A stretch of DNA of 64,000 bases, from NCBI GenBank assembly GCA_036785375.1, contig JAWMAR010000066.1:2294001-2358000 (forward strand), in the 5' to 3' direction. Both the position numbers and the translations under genes were made by a program. Source of the stretch: Leucoraja ocellata. Lineage: Eukaryota. This document shows positions 11,711 to 24,900 of this stretch, one piece after another (position 1 is the first letter of the stretch; each line of letters starts with the position of its first letter). Below the pieces are notes generated by a model. That model had not been told where the DNA came from and did no database searches. It saw only the letters and a program-made list of their open reading frames with translations.

Positions 11711-12064
11711 GAGGCTTCTCCCCATCTCCCCTGACTCCGCTATCTTTAAAAGCTCTACTACTTCAATAAATAACCAATTGAGCTGGAAATAACGAAGATC
11801 CCCCCTCATCTAGTCTGCATCAGATCACTCCCACTTACCCGTGTAGTAATGGCAATGGAAAGTTGGACATTGGAAACGTTTGAAATTGCCATTACAGGCA
11901 CTGTGGTGTTGGACATCGGAGTCAGCACCCCCCTCTGACACTGGATCTTTGACTTTCTGACCCACGGAGCATATTCAGTGAGGATAGCTGACAATACCTC
12001 CAGTACAATAATTCTCGGCACCAGTCCCCTGCAAGGATGCGTTCTAATATTCTGCCTATATATG

Positions 12065-12350
12065 ATACTGCACAATATGATAGAATTTTATTTAACCCAG
12101 GAGGGAAATTGCCAACAGTCATAAAACACAAAATACATGAAACATGAAATTAAAGTGACGAGTGGAAAGGATTGGGATGTGCAAAGATCGGGCCTGTTGC
12201 TGAAGGTGCTCCTCAGGTTGACCAGTGTGTCATGGAGGGGGTGAGCTGTATTGTCCAGGATGCTCCGCAGTTTGAGGAGCACCCTCCCCTCCAAGACCAA
12301 CCTCCCATGAATCCAACTCCATCCCCAGGGTGGAGCCGGCCTTCCTGGTG
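12065..12350 (-). mobile_element. Rex/Babar LINE 3' fragment
   Basis: Minus ORF LRSILDNTAHPLHDTL plus a 3' UTR. Confidence 0.7.
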
Positions 12351-14220
12351 AGTTTAACTCACGACTGTACAGCTAAATTTGGCTCTTAATTCCATCTATA
12401 GGTTTGCAGCTGACACCACTGCGGTTTGCCAAATTACGAACAATGACGAGATGATGTATAGGAAGGAGGTAGGAAACTTAGTAACTTAGCCTCTCCTTCA
12501 ATGTCAGCAAGACGAAGGAGCTAGTTATCGACTTCAGGAAGGGTGGTGGAGTACAAGCCATAAATAACGTTAATGGTGCTGAAGCAGAAAGGGTTGAGCT
12601 CATCAAGTTCCTTGGTGTTAATGTTCCTAACGATCTATCGTTGACCAACCACATTGATGTGGCATCCAAGGCAAACCAATGCCTCTACTTCTGCTGGAGG
12701 CCAAGGAAATTCGGCATGTCTCCAATGACTCTTACAAACTTTTACAGATGCACCATTGAAAGCAAACTGTCAGGTTGCATCGCTGCTTGGTTTGGAAACA
12801 ACTCTGCCCAAGACCCTAAGAAATTGCAGAGTTGTAGATGTAGTCCAGTCCAGCACAGATTCCCCATCACTGAATACTTTACTCTACCAAGAAAAAGCAG
12901 CCACCATAATCAAAGAATTGTCCCACCTCGGTCATTCCTTCTTCTCCTTGTTGCCATTGGGCAAAAGGTACAGAAGCTTGAAAGAGCACATCGCCAGACT
13001 CAGAAACAGCTTCTTCCCCTCTGTATCTGAATGGTCCTTCCATAAGCTAACATCAACATCAACCTTTATTGTCATCTTGCAAAGCAACAGTTGTACAGTG
13101 CAAAATCAGAAGACGTTTCCCAGGGAATACCGGAGCATCGCACATGAAACTTGAAACATTTCACACATAATAACAGTAAAAACAATCCAGTCCCTGATGA
13201 AACAGTATAAATAGTTAACAGCAGGTAAAAACAGCAACATTAAAATACAGTAAAAACAGTCATTAAAATGTCCAGGGCAGCTGATTTGAGTGGCCAGTGC
13301 CAGAGTTATTAAAATGTCAGTGCAAAGCCGCAGAATCAGGTGACTGTGAGTACAGAGTGACTGTTTAGCAGCCTCACAGCCTGTGGCAGGAAGCTGTTTA
13401 GCAGTCTGGTAGTCCGGGCTTTGATGCTACGGTATCTCTTGCCTGATGGCAGGAGATCCAGGTGTGTGTGGAGGGGGTGCAGTTTGTCCTTAGCAATTCT
13501 CAGAGCTTTTTTCAGACAGCGGCTCTGGAACAGTTCTTGTACCGAGGGTAGGGAGACGCCAATGATCCTCTCTGCTCCCCTCACTACCCTCTGCAGAGCC
13601 TTCCTGTCTGAGCAGTTGCAGTTGGAGTACCACGTGTTTATGCAGCACGTGAGTACAGACTCCACCGTGCCCCTGTAAAAAGTCCTGAAGATGTTGGTGG
13701 GGAGTGAGGCCTGTTTGAGTTTCCTCAGGAAGTGCAGTCGCTGATGGGCCCGTTTGACAATCCCAGTGTTGTTCCTGGACCAGGAGAGACTGTCTGTAAT
13801 TTGCACTCTGAGGAACTTTATGCTCTCCACTCTCTCCACTGTGGTGCCACTGATGTTGAGGGGTGTGTGTTTTGGCTGCGCCCTCCTGAAGTTGACAATC
13901 ATCTGCTTTGTTTTGTCGACATTTAATGCTAGATTGTTGTTGCCGCACCAGTCCACTAGTTGGTGTTCGTTTGATACTGTTCGTTTCACCTCAGCCCCAT
14001 TGCAGATATTGGACTTTGTGCCAGGAACTACTGCACTACAATAGGTCTGAGAACTATAATCTACACTCTGTATCTTCTCCTTTGCCCTGCTTATTGTATT
14101 TGACTTTGACACAATTGTATTTACGTATTGTATTATCTGATCTGGTTGGATAGCATGGAAAACAAAGCTTTTGGCTGTACCTTGGTACACGTGACAATGA
14201 GTCTAAAACTTAACCTAAAC
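12346..14220 (+). mobile_element. Decayed Rex/Babar LINE (RT to 3' UTR), interrupted by a younger antisense Rex element
   Basis: Frameshifted RT pieces (FAADTT, LNVSKTKELVIDFRK, NFYRCTIES, RLRNSFFP). The 3' UTR resumes at ~13963 and ends gtgacaatgag(tctaaac). Confidence 0.75.
13050..13962 (-). mobile_element. Young 5'-truncated Rex/Babar LINE
   Basis: Uninterrupted ~205-codon RT C-terminal ORF (WCGNNNLALNVDKTKQMIVNFRR...RLLNSFLPQAVRLLN, stop at 13336), then 3' UTR and a TGACAATAAA/(GTTGAT)n tail. Confidence 0.88.
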
Positions 14221-15757
14221 AGCACCAGCGGCCCTGGTTCAATCCTGGCTTTCAGTGCTGTCTGTGTGCACTCTGTACATTCTCCCTGTGATTCCCATGG
14301 GTTCACTCCTGCATCCCAAAGACATATTGGTCGATAAGTTAATAGACCACTAAATATTGGCCCAAGGGTGTAGTTGTGGTAGAATCTGGGGGGAATTCTG
14401 GGGAATGTAGTGAGTATAAAGGATACACAGGGTTAGTGTAAATGCCTGATGGTTGTCACAGACTCGGAGGGCTCGCTGCTGAATAACTAGGACATTAATG
14501 GCAGAAGAAGTAAACTGATAAGGTAACCAGGAAACTTGATTTTGTGAAAAGGAATGTTTGGTGGTTAGTGTGGTTCAGTTCTTTCAGAAAACTGAAACAT
14601 AACAAAATGGGGATTTAACTTTGAATGATATAGCTGAAATTTAACTCCCTGGTGCATTTGACATGAAGGAACTGATGTGCTTAGTGATGTTCAACCTCAT
14701 TCTCATACGCAATGTTTGAATGTGGCCGAGCATAGATACTTACAGCTGAATGTCTTTGAACTGAGAAGTTTCTGTAACGACTCTAGCAACGTTGGCAACC
14801 AAAGCCATATTATATTGATCTGTATTTTCACAATAAATATTTGTTACTCTTGAGTCATTGAATAAAAACAAGATATTAATACTCACTGAAATGACTTTAG
14901 GATATTTAAAGATTCAGTGATATTAATATTTGATGCTGAGACCCCTTTGCATTGTATTCCTGCTGCCCAGATTACATTACTTTCGGGCTAAAAATCAACC
15001 TTATATAAAGGTTGTGAGGTGGCCAAGTGTGGAGTGGAGTGGTTGTTCACTATACACCGTACCAGTCTTTTCCTTCCTGACCTCGCTAGGATTTGTTATG
15101 GCCAATCCAATGTTGCCCATTTTAGAGAGGTTGGTTGTTTTGAAAGTCGCCTTGCATGATTAAAACTGACATTCACTGCAGTGTCATTGCAAACTTATAT
15201 TTTAATATTAGCAGAATCGTGGCATAGCAAGGCCGCTGTGCAAATGTACATGTTGTTGAGAGGAACTCTGCTTTAACATGCATGTTTCTGCCTGCAGTGA
15301 GCAGAGTTGTAATAAGACCTTGAAATCTTACTTTATTTTTTGCACGTTCTGGTCCAAATCTGATCACTGAAGTATAATGGTCCCCTAATCCCATCGATCT
15401 GCAGGACTACTTACTGAAATTCTATTACATATTTCTGGTCTATAAAGTTATATATGATTGTAATCTGAAAAATACAGTATCTGTTGAACTCATTATTAGA
15501 TGCATAGGGTACATCCTGGGTTGAAGCAAGTTTAACTACTTCCTTGAAGCTAATAATAATTAACTGAATTTATGGTGTGTGTGTGTGTGACCATCAGGTG
15601 GTTCATATCTATCTTCGATCTGTAACCTTCCTTAAACAAGGGCATTGAGTTTTAAAGAACTGTGTTAATCCTTCCTTGTTTTAGCTTGGTTTTGTATTTC
15701 TCTTGGAATTTGTTCCCATGCCAACTCTATCAATAGCCACAACACAAGAATATAGGA

Positions 15758-15922
15758 GCAGGTGAGGCAGCATCTATGGAGCGAAGGATATAGTCTGAAG
15801 AAGGGTTTCGACACGAAACGTTGCCTATTTCCTTCGCTCCATAGATGCTGCCTCACCCGCAGTGTTTCTCCAGCATTTTTGTCTACCTTCGATTTTCCAG
15901 CATCTGCAGTTCCTTCTTAAAC
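15758..15922. mobile_element. Penelope 3' repeat, partial inverted pair with hammerhead core
   Basis: ctgaagaagggtttcgacacgaaacgttgcc at ~15795, flanked by inverted gaggcagcatctatggagcgaagga / tccttcgctccatagatgctgcctc. Confidence 0.7.
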
Positions 15923-16489
15923 AATATAGGAGCAGGAGCAGGCACCAGGTCCCTCAAGGTTGTTCTGCCTTATGTAATCCTGGCTGATCTATGCTGCCCA
16001 CAGTTCCTCTTCTGCGCCAGTAACCCATAACCCTCAATATCTTTCAAATATTTACAATCAGAATACATGGCAAAAATAGGGCAGCAAATGAGCAACAGCA
16101 GATGCATACATGGTTGCCAGCTCAGTTGGTAGGTTCATGGCTACTGTAATTGTCCCTTGTCTAGCATAGGCCAATCTGCTGCATGAGCAGTGAACTGTGT
16201 ATTTGTGCGGTCTGATGTAATAGTCCAGCTGTGGATGAAATCTGCTGTGATTGGATCTTTAAATACTGTTCCCCTTCAAGTCAGTGTTGATGTGTTTGCA
16301 GGTGATTGGCAACTATTCTTATTTAGGCTAATGTGGTTGAAAGCTTTCACTGTCAATGACATAGAGCTACTGTTGACATCCTCTGATGGTGGCAAAACTG
16401 TACTGGTGAACACAAATATCTTGTCCAAATGGGACCAATTAGCCATTGGAAATGTGTGTGGGGGAAAAGCATCAACTCAGCAATTTGCA

Positions 16490-17035
16490 GGAATGTCAGG
16501 GAGGACTCTCTAACTTCCACAGGTGCACAGTAGAGAGCATGCTGACCGGTTGCATCGTGGCTTGGTTCGGCAACTTGAGCCCCCAGGAGCGGAAAAGACT
16601 ACAAAAAGTTGTAAACACTGCCCAGTCCATCATCGGCTCTGACCTCCCTACCATCGAGGGGATCTATCGCAGTCGCTGCCTCAAAAAGGCTGGCAGCATC
16701 ATCAAGGACCCACACCATCCTGGCCACACTCTCATCTCCCCGCAATCCTTCAGGTAGAAGGTACAGGAGCCTGAAATCTGAAACATCCAGGTTCAGGAAT
16801 AGCTTATTCCCCACAACCATCAGGCTATTAAACTCAACTCAAACAAAACTCTGAACATTAATAGCCCAATGCACTTTATCTGTTGATTTATTTATGTGTG
16901 TATATATATTCAATGGTATATGGACACACTGATCTGTTCCGTGTTTATGCCTACTATATTCTGTTGTGCTGAAGCAAAGCAAGAATTTAATTGTCCTATC
17001 AGGGATACATGACAATAAACTCTCTTGAATCTTGA
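16490..17035 (+). mobile_element. Rex/Babar LINE 3' fragment
   Basis: NFHRCTVESMLTGCIVAWFGN...KDPHHPGH, then 3' UTR, TGACAATAAA and (TCTTGAA) tail. Confidence 0.85.
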
Positions 17036-17266
17036 AGGAACTGCTGGTTTAACCGAAGTTAGACACAAAAAGCTGGAGTAACTCAGCGGGTCAGACAGCA
17101 TCTCCGGAGAAAAGGATGACATTTCAGGTCGAGACCCTTCTTCAGACCCATTTCTGGTCCAGACCCTTCTTCAGACCTGAAGAAAGGTCTCGACCCGAAA
17201 CGTTACATATTCCTTTTCTCCAGAGATGCTGTCTGACCCTCTGAGTTACTTCAGCTATTTGTGTCA
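17035..17266. mobile_element. Inverted pair of Penelope 3' repeats (hairpin)
   Basis: An antisense copy followed by a sense copy with CTGAAGA...GAAACGTT at ~17178-17206. Confidence 0.75.
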
Positions 17267-17318
17267 AATCTGCAATGTTTTGTTTTGGTGATGTGCAAAC
17301 AATTTCTAGCTATTAATT

Positions 17319-17343
17319 GGGGGGGGGGGGGGGGGGGGGGGGG
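17319..17343 (+). repeat. Poly-G run
   Basis: About 25 consecutive G. Confidence 0.9.
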
Positions 17344-17533
17344 TGGAAACCCTTGCTCTCCTTCAATGTTCTGGTTCCTTCACCGGTGTCAGAAGATGAT
17401 CTGATTATTATTTCATTGGTGTTACAAGGACGTCGCTGCTGTTTTAAAGCATGTACTGCCAGATTGAAGAAGAGCTTTTTCCCTGCTGTGATAAGACACT
17501 TGACCAGACCTCTCATATGCTAAGGATGTATTA

Positions 17534-17735
17534 AGGGCCTATTCCACATGGCTATCATTTGCTTGTCACGCAGATGGCGCGCAAAGATTTTGTACATCAC
17601 AAAATCGCATCACTGCCTATGTCACCACGCACCATGCGTGTATAATGCGCACCGTGCACGCATCACATGCGTGTCACGACGTGTAAATGATGTCGCGTAA
17701 ATTACGCGCAAATGACGGCCAAGTGGGAAGGCCCT
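17534..17735. mobile_element. PIF/Harbinger-type MITE
   Basis: TTA TSDs (17531-33, 17736-38); degenerate TIRs AGGGCCTATTCCAC / GTGGGAAGGCCCT. Confidence 0.8.
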
Positions 17736-17917
17736 TTACTTATCTCCCAACCTACATTGTTGGAGTCCTTGCGCTTCTTTTATCTGCACTTTCTTTGTAG
17801 CTGTAACAATATGTTCTGTACTCTGTTTCCTTTTACTTTTTACAGTATCATTTTTGATATGGTTTGCCTGGATAGTATGCATTACAAACACTTTGACTGG
17901 ATCATGGTTTCACGCTC

Positions 17918-18460
17918 TGTTTATTGTCACATGTACCACTAAGGTACAGTGAAATTTGAATGAATTCACATACAAAGAATTTGCCTTGGTGCTCCGCCCG
18001 CAAGTGACAACCTGACATACAGTGACAATTAGGAATGACACATAAAACATTAAACATTAATAATATGAGTTACCATACAGCCATACTAAGTGAAAAGCAA
18101 GACACAGAGCCACATCAAATAAAAGTTAACATAAACATCCACCACAGCGGGTCCCCACATTCCTCACTGTGATGGATGGTAATAAAGTCCAATCTTCTCC
18201 CTATTTATTTTCTCGCGGTCATGGCTGTCGAACCATCCACAGTCAGAGCGATCAAAGCTGCCGCAGCTGGCGATCCGAAGCCCTCGTGTCAGGGTGATCG
18301 AAACTCCCGCGTCGGGATGGTTGAAACTTTCCACGGCTTGGAGCTCCCGAATCGGTCTCAAATCCGGGATGCGGTCTCCACGATGTTAAAGTCCACAGGC
18401 CCGCGGTTGGAGCTCTCCACAGTCGATCCCCGGCGAAGGGATTGCACGCTCCACGATGGT
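17918..18460 (-). mobile_element. GC-rich non-autonomous element with Rex-like tail
   Basis: Minus strand: GC-rich body, ggactttattaccatccatcacagtgagga motif, atttcac-tgtaccttagtggtaca-tgtgacaataaa. Confidence 0.6.
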
Positions 18461-18544
18461 AAATGGTTTTACACTTATTATCTTTAGTGCAGTTGGAGTC
18501 AGAATATCAACTCAAGTCCAAAGATCTATTGCTGCTGAGAGGGT

Positions 18545-18870
18545 CAGGTAGATGCACAGAGTCTCTTGCCCAGAGTAGGCGAATCGAGGGCCAGAGGACA
18601 TAGGTTTAAGGCCAAGCAGGAAAGATTTAATAGGCATCTGAGGGGTAACTTTTTCACACAAAGCTGGAACAAGCTGCCAGAGGAGGTAGTTGAGGCTGGG
18701 ACTGTCCCAACATTTAATAAACAATTGGACAGGTACTTGGATAGGACAGGTTTGGAGGGATATGAACCAAACGCAGGCAAGTGGGACTAGTGTAGCTGGG
18801 ATATATTTGCCGGTGTGGGCAAGTTGGGCTGAAGGGCCCGTTTCCACATTTTATCACTCTATGACTCCAT
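18545..18870 (+). mobile_element. CR1 LINE 3' fragment
   Basis: PRVGESRARGHRFK...WNKLPEEVVEAG, followed by a CR1 3' UTR. Confidence 0.85.
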
Positions 18871-19183
18871 GCTCCTGTGACTTTGGAAGCAACAGCAACA
18901 AAGAGCAGCAAGAGAAAATACTGATTGGCTCTAGCCCAAGTGGGAGGAGAGTTAGAAGTGAGTCAGAGGGGGGAAAACAGTTGAGAACAGGAATTTGGTT
19001 TGTAAATTGGTAAATCAGTCAATATAAACAAGACTGTTCTTAGGGAGTGGCAGTGAGGGAGTGGCCTTGTGAGGGAAGTGCCCTGTGAGAAAAGTATGAG
19101 TTTTTGGCTCGAGAGTCTTCGGCGAGGAGGCTGAGGAGAGGAGGCTACGCAAAACACTGGAGAGGGAGAGACGAAAGAAGGAG

Positions 19184-20103
19184 ATGTCGGGCAAACTGAT
19201 TCAGTGCGATGCTTGCAGTATGTGGGAGGTCAAGGACACTGCTGGTGCCTCTGGCTGCTACAAATGCGAGAAGTGCATCCAGGTAGAGCTCCTGAAGGAC
19301 CGTGTTGGGGAACTGGAGAAGCAAGTGGATGACCTCAGGTTCGTCCGAGAAACTGAGTCGTTCCTCGACAAGTCCTACAGTAAGATTGTTACACCTAAGG
19401 TACTGGAAGAGAGAAGGTGGGTGACGGTGAGAAAGGGAGGGAAGCATGGAATGCCAACGTCCCCGAGTGGTGTACCTCTTGTGAACAGGTTCACCCGCTT
19501 AGAAGCTGTTGGGACAGAAGACGTTTTTACACTGAGCGGCGGACTGGCTTGCGAAGCAAATAGGGCTGTTGAGCCAAAACCAAAAAGGCCAAAGTCAGGC
19601 AATGCCATTGTAGTGGGAGACTCCATTGTCAGAGGTACGGACAGGGGTTTCTGCGGCAACAGACGGGATTAGAGGATGGTGTGCTGCCTTCCTGGTGCCA
19701 GGATGTCACGGACAGATTGCAGAAAATCCTCAAGGGCGAAGGTGAACATCCGGAAGTGGTAGTGCATGTCGGCACAAACGATGTCGGAAAGAAGGGGATG
19801 AATATTCTGCAGCGTGACTTTAGGGAGCTCGGAAAAATGCTAAAAAGCAGGACCTCCAGGGTTGTTATCTCCGGTTTGCTTCCAGTTCCCCGTGCTGGCG
19901 AGATCAGGAACAGGGAGATATGGGACCTGAATGTGTGGCTGAGGAACTGGTGCACGGGGCAGGGATTTAGATTCTTAGATCACTGGGATCTGTTTTGGAG
20001 TAAGGGGGAACTGTACAAAAGGGACAGATTGCATCTTAACAGGTGGGGGACCAACGTTCTGGCAGGCAGGTTTGCCACTGCTACATGGGTGGTTTTAAAC
20101 TGA
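19184..20103 (+). pseudogene. CR1 ORF1 (Zn-finger, coiled coil, SGNH esterase); premature stop and frameshift near 19670-19700
   Basis: CxxCxxW...CxxC, heptad LKDRVGELEKQVDDL, and SGNH blocks VGDS, HVGTND, DRLHLN. Confidence 0.88.
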
Positions 20104-20321
20104 ATAAGGGGGGGGGGGGGGGGGTGTCGAATGGGATAGTGGTGGATGGAGTTAAAGGGACAGTGTTTCTTAAATGTCTGAAAGGAGAGACAGAGGGGTG
20201 TAAAATTAGGGTAGAAGCAATAGGTAGTAAGGTGAAATGTGGCAGGCAGACAAATCCAGGGCGAAAATCAATAAGGGCCACTTTTCAACATAATTGTATA
20301 ACGGGTAAGAGTGTTGTTAAA

Positions 20322-23136
20322 ACAAGCCTGAAGGCTTTGTGTCTCAATGCAAGGAGCATTTGTAATAAGGTGGATGAGTTGAAAGTGCAGATAGCTATTA
20401 ATGACTATGATATAGTTGGGATCACGGAGACATGGCTCCAGGGTGACCAAGGCTGGGAGCTGAATATCCAGGGATATTCAATATTCAGGAGGGATAGACA
20501 GAAAGGAAAAGGAGGTGGGGTAGCATTGCTGGTTAGAGAGAAGATTAACGCAATAGAAAGAAAGGACATTAGTTTGTAGGATATGGAATCGATATGGGTA
20601 GAGCTGCAAAACACTAAGGGGCAGAAAACGCTAATGGGAGTGGTGTACAGGCCGCCTAACAGTAGTAGTGAAGTTGGGGATGACATCAAACAGGAAATTA
20701 GAAATGCGTGCAACAAAGGTAAAACAGTTATAATGGGACGACTTCAATCTACAATCTACATATAGATTGGGTGAATCAAATTGGCAAGGGTGTTGAGGAA
20801 GAGGATTTCTTGGAATGTATGCGGGATAGTTTTCTAAACCAACATGTAACGGAACCAACGAGAGAGCAGGCTATTCTAGACTGGGTATTGACTAATGAGG
20901 AAGGGTTAGTTAGCAGTCTTGTTGTGCGTGGCCCCTTGGGCAATAGTGACCATAATATGGTTGAGTTCTTCATTAGGATGGAGGGTGACATAATTAATTT
21001 TGAAACAATGGTTCTGAACTTAAAGAAAGGTAACTTTGGGGGTATGAGACGTGAATTGGCCAAGATAGACTGGCAATTAATTCTTAAAGGGTTGATGGCG
21101 GATATGCAATGGAAGGCATTTAAAGACTGCATGGATGAACTACAACAATTGTTCATCCCAGTTTGGCAAAAGAATAAATCAGGGAAGGTAGTGCATCCGT
21201 GGATAACAAGGGAAATCAGGGATAGTATCAAAACAAAAGATGAAGCATACAAATTAGCCAGAAAAAGCGGCCTACCAGAGGACTGGGAGAAATTCAGTCC
21301 AGCAGAGGAGGACAAAGGGGTTAATTAGGAAAGGGAAAATAGATTACGAAAGAAAACTGGCAGGGAACATAAAAACTGACTGCAAAAGTTTTTATAGATA
21401 TGTGAAGAGAAAAAGATTAGTTAAAACAAATGTAGGTCCCTTGCAGTCAGAAACAGGTGAATTGATCATGGGGAACAAGGACATGGCAGACCAATTGAAT
21501 AACTACTTTGGTTCTGTCTTCACTAAGGAAGATATAAATAATCTGCCGGAAATAGCAGGGGACCGGGGGTCAAATGAGATGGAGGAACTGAGTGAAATCC
21601 AGGTTAGCCGGGAAGTGGTGTTAGGTAAATTGAATGAATTAAAGGCCAATAAATCCCCAGGGCCAGATAGGCTGCATCCCAGAGTACTTAAGGAAGTAGC
21701 CCCAGAAATAGTGGATGCATTAGTGATAATTTTTCAAAACTCTTTAGATTCTGGAGTAGTTCCTGAGGATTGGAGGGTAGCTAATGTAACCCCACTTTTT
21801 AAAAAGGGAGGGAGAGAGAAAACGGGGAATTACAGACCAGTTAGTCTAACATCAGTAGTGGGGAAACTGCTAGAGTCAGTTATTAAAGATGGGATAGCAG
21901 CACATTTGGAAAGTGGTGAAATCATTGGACAAAGTCAGCATGGATTTATGAAAGGTAAATCATGTCTGACGAATCTTATAGAATTTTTCGAGGATGTAAC
22001 TAGTGGATAAGGGAGAACCAGTGGATGTTTTATATCTGGACTTTCAGAAGGCTTTCGACAAAGTTCCACATAAGAGATTAGTATACAAACTTAAAGCACA
22101 TGGTATTGGGGGTTCAGTATTGATGTGGATAGAGAACTGGCTGGCAGACAGGAAGAAAAGAGTAGGAGTAAACAAGTCCTTTTCAGAATGGCAGGCAGTG
22201 ACTGTGGGGTACCGCTAGGCTCAGTGCTGGGATCCCAGCAATTTACAATATATATTAACGATTTGGACGTGGGAATTGAATGCAACATCTCCAAGTTTGC
22301 AGATGACACGAAGCTGGGGGGCAGTGTTAGCTGTGAGGAGGATGCTAGGAGACTGCAAGGTGACTTGGATAGGCTGGGTGAGTGGGCAAATGCATGGCAG
22401 ATGCAGTATAATGTGGATAAATGTGAGGTTATCCACTTTGGTGGCAAAAACAGGAAAGTAGGTTATTATCTGAATGGTGGCCGATTAGGAAAAGGGGAGA
22501 TGCAACGAGACCTGGGTGTTATGGTACACCAGTCATTGAAAATAGGCATGCAGATGTAGCAGGCAGTGAAGAAAGTGAATGGTATGTTAGCATTCATAGC
22601 AAAAGGATTTGAGTATAGGAGCAGGGAGGTTCTACTGCAGTTGTACAGGGTCTTGGTGAGACCACACCTGGAGTATTGCGTACAGTTTTGGTCTCCTAAT
22701 CTGAGGAAAGACATTCTTGCCATAGAGGGAGTACAGAGAAGGTTCACCAGACTGATTCCTGGGATGTCAGGACTTCCATATGAAGAAAGATTGGATAGAC
22801 TCGGCTTTTACTCGTTAGAATTTAGAAGATTGAGGGAGGATCTTATAGAAACTTACAAAATTCTTAAGGGGTTGGACAGGCTAGATACAGGAAGATTGTT
22901 CCCGATGTTGGGGAAGTCCAGATCAAGGGGGTCACAGTTTAAGGATAAAGGGGAAATCTTTTGGGACCGAGATGAGAAAACCATTTTTCACACAGAGAGT
23001 GGTGAATCTCTGGAATTCTCTGCCACAGAAGGTAGTTGAGGCCAGTTCATTGGCTATATTTAAGAGGGAGTTAGATGTGGCCCTTGTGGCTAAAGGGAAC
23101 AGGGGGTATGGAGAGAAGGCAGGAACGGGATACTGA
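20322..23136 (+). pseudogene. CR1 ORF2 (AP endonuclease + reverse transcriptase), multiply frameshifted
   Basis: CLNARS, GITETW, VYRPP, SDH (APE); NYRPVSLTS, QHGF, LDFQKAFD, FADDT (RT); C-terminus ...GTGY* with TGA at 23134-36. Confidence 0.92.
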
Positions 23137-24379
23137 GTTGGATGATCAGCAATGATCATATTGAATGGCGGTGCAGGCTCGAAGGGTTGAATGGCCTACT
23201 CCTGCGCCTATTTTCTATGTTTCTATGCTGCTGTTGTGCTGAAGTCAGTTCACCATGACAGATTGAGGTAGTGATATGATTGTCGTGTTGACCTACTAAT
23301 TGACTGAAGATACAGGAGAGGAGATGACTGATGCTGGAAAAAGGTCTCCTTTCCTTTGTCCTATTAATGCTGCACCTGGCAAAATGGAATTTATATTGAT
23401 GACACCAAACGCAAAATGCCAGAAATTTGAAATAGGTGCTGGAAATATGCAGCTGTTCAGGCAGTATCAGTGGAGAGAAGTGGACATCTGTGATGTCTTC
23501 ATTCTTTAGGGAAACGGGGGTTCCTCTCTTCCATCATAGATGAGGCCCTCACAAGGGTCTCCTCCATATCCCACAGTCTCCCTCTCCCCTGACTCAGGGT
23601 CTCGACCTGAAACGCCACCCATTCCTTCTCTCCAGAGATGCTGCCTGTCCCGCTGAGTCACTCCAGCATTTTGTATCTATCTATCTTCGAGAGAAAAGTA
23701 GAGTTGATGCATCAAGTTGACGACCTTTCATCAGAATGCTATATGTTGGTTAGTTAGACCATTATCCTCCTCTTTGCCACTAACTACACGTTGGGTTAAC
23801 CAGAAAAGATCTACAACCACAATGGACAATTAAATGTTTTTTTTTTGGTCAGTAACATACTTCTTATTTTTTAAATAATGTTTTGATGGACACAAATGTA
23901 GCCTAGCACGAATATATGGTCAAGGAAATGTATTTATTTCTATCCATGGTTATAATTTTCATCCCAGATTTAGGTATGCTAATTAATATGTGCTGCATCC
24001 TCTTATTTTTCCACTGGTGCTTGCTTTTTATTTTGGTTGAAAAATACACATCCAGCAATGTTTTGAGTCCTTCTCCGATCCTACCCGCTTACAAAAACAA
24101 CATTCTCTAATTAAGCCCCATAAAAATCCCAACAAAATGATAATCATATTGTATGGTTGATATTCACGGGTTACAACGGCAGTGGAATAGTTCAGTTTAA
24201 AACTAGAAATTAGATCAACGTTTTATCATTTTTAAGGTGTTTAATACAGTTTTAGACACTGGTTGGGGATGCACATTCAATAGATCCTGTGTGTACGGGA
24301 GGTTCGGTTATGAAAGTTGATAGGTAATTATCCATTCAGATATGTATTTAAGGCTGGGAACATGATTTTTATTTTGTTT

Positions 24380-24627
24380 TTTTAGTTTTAGAGATACCGG
24401 GCGGAAACAGGCCCTTCGACCCACTGAGTCCGTGCTGACCAGGGACAATTTACAATGTTACCAAAGGCAATTAACCTCCAAGCCTGCACGTCTTTGGAGT
24501 GTGGGAGGAAACTGAAGCATCCAGAGAAAACCCACGCAGGACACGGGGAGAATGGACAAATTCCACACAGACAGCACCGCACTCTGGCGCTATAAAGCAG
24601 CAACACCGCTGCGCCACCGTGTTGCCC
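24380..24627 (-). mobile_element. HE1-type tRNA-derived V-SINE
   Basis: Head gggcaacacggtggcgcagcggt (A box), central V-like domain, CR1-derived tail gaagggcctgtttcc...tatctctaaa. Confidence 0.8.
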
Positions 24628-24900
24628 TATCCTTGTATTCATTCATACCATTATCACATTAGTACCTCTATCAACCATTAATGCTGAAATTGTTTTTCTT
24701 GTTTTATTTCAATCCAGTGACAGGTTCATTTGCAATTGGAGTTTCAGATACCAATGACCATATCTATTTATTACAGTCACTATTCTGAGTGGATCCGATT
24801 CCGTCTGTTTACAGGAGATAATATTGGTCTGTTTGTTGTTATATTTTTTAAACTCGATGCAGTTGTCTTAATTGATCAGATGAAAGAGATAAATAATTTG

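Larger units (their letters stand above)
18875..23227 (+). mobile_element. Near full-length CR1 LINE (~4.35 kb), inactivated
   Basis: Putative 5' UTR, ORF1, ORF2 (APE + RT), 3' UTR ending in (TTTCTATG)n. The 5' boundary is approximate. Confidence 0.93.

Noticed and set aside
16190-16360. Faint minus-strand similarity to LTR integrase (KHINTDLKG; FIHSW..ITSDR)
   Set aside because: Too short and degenerate; no LTRs or other pol motifs seen. A TBLASTX search would be needed.
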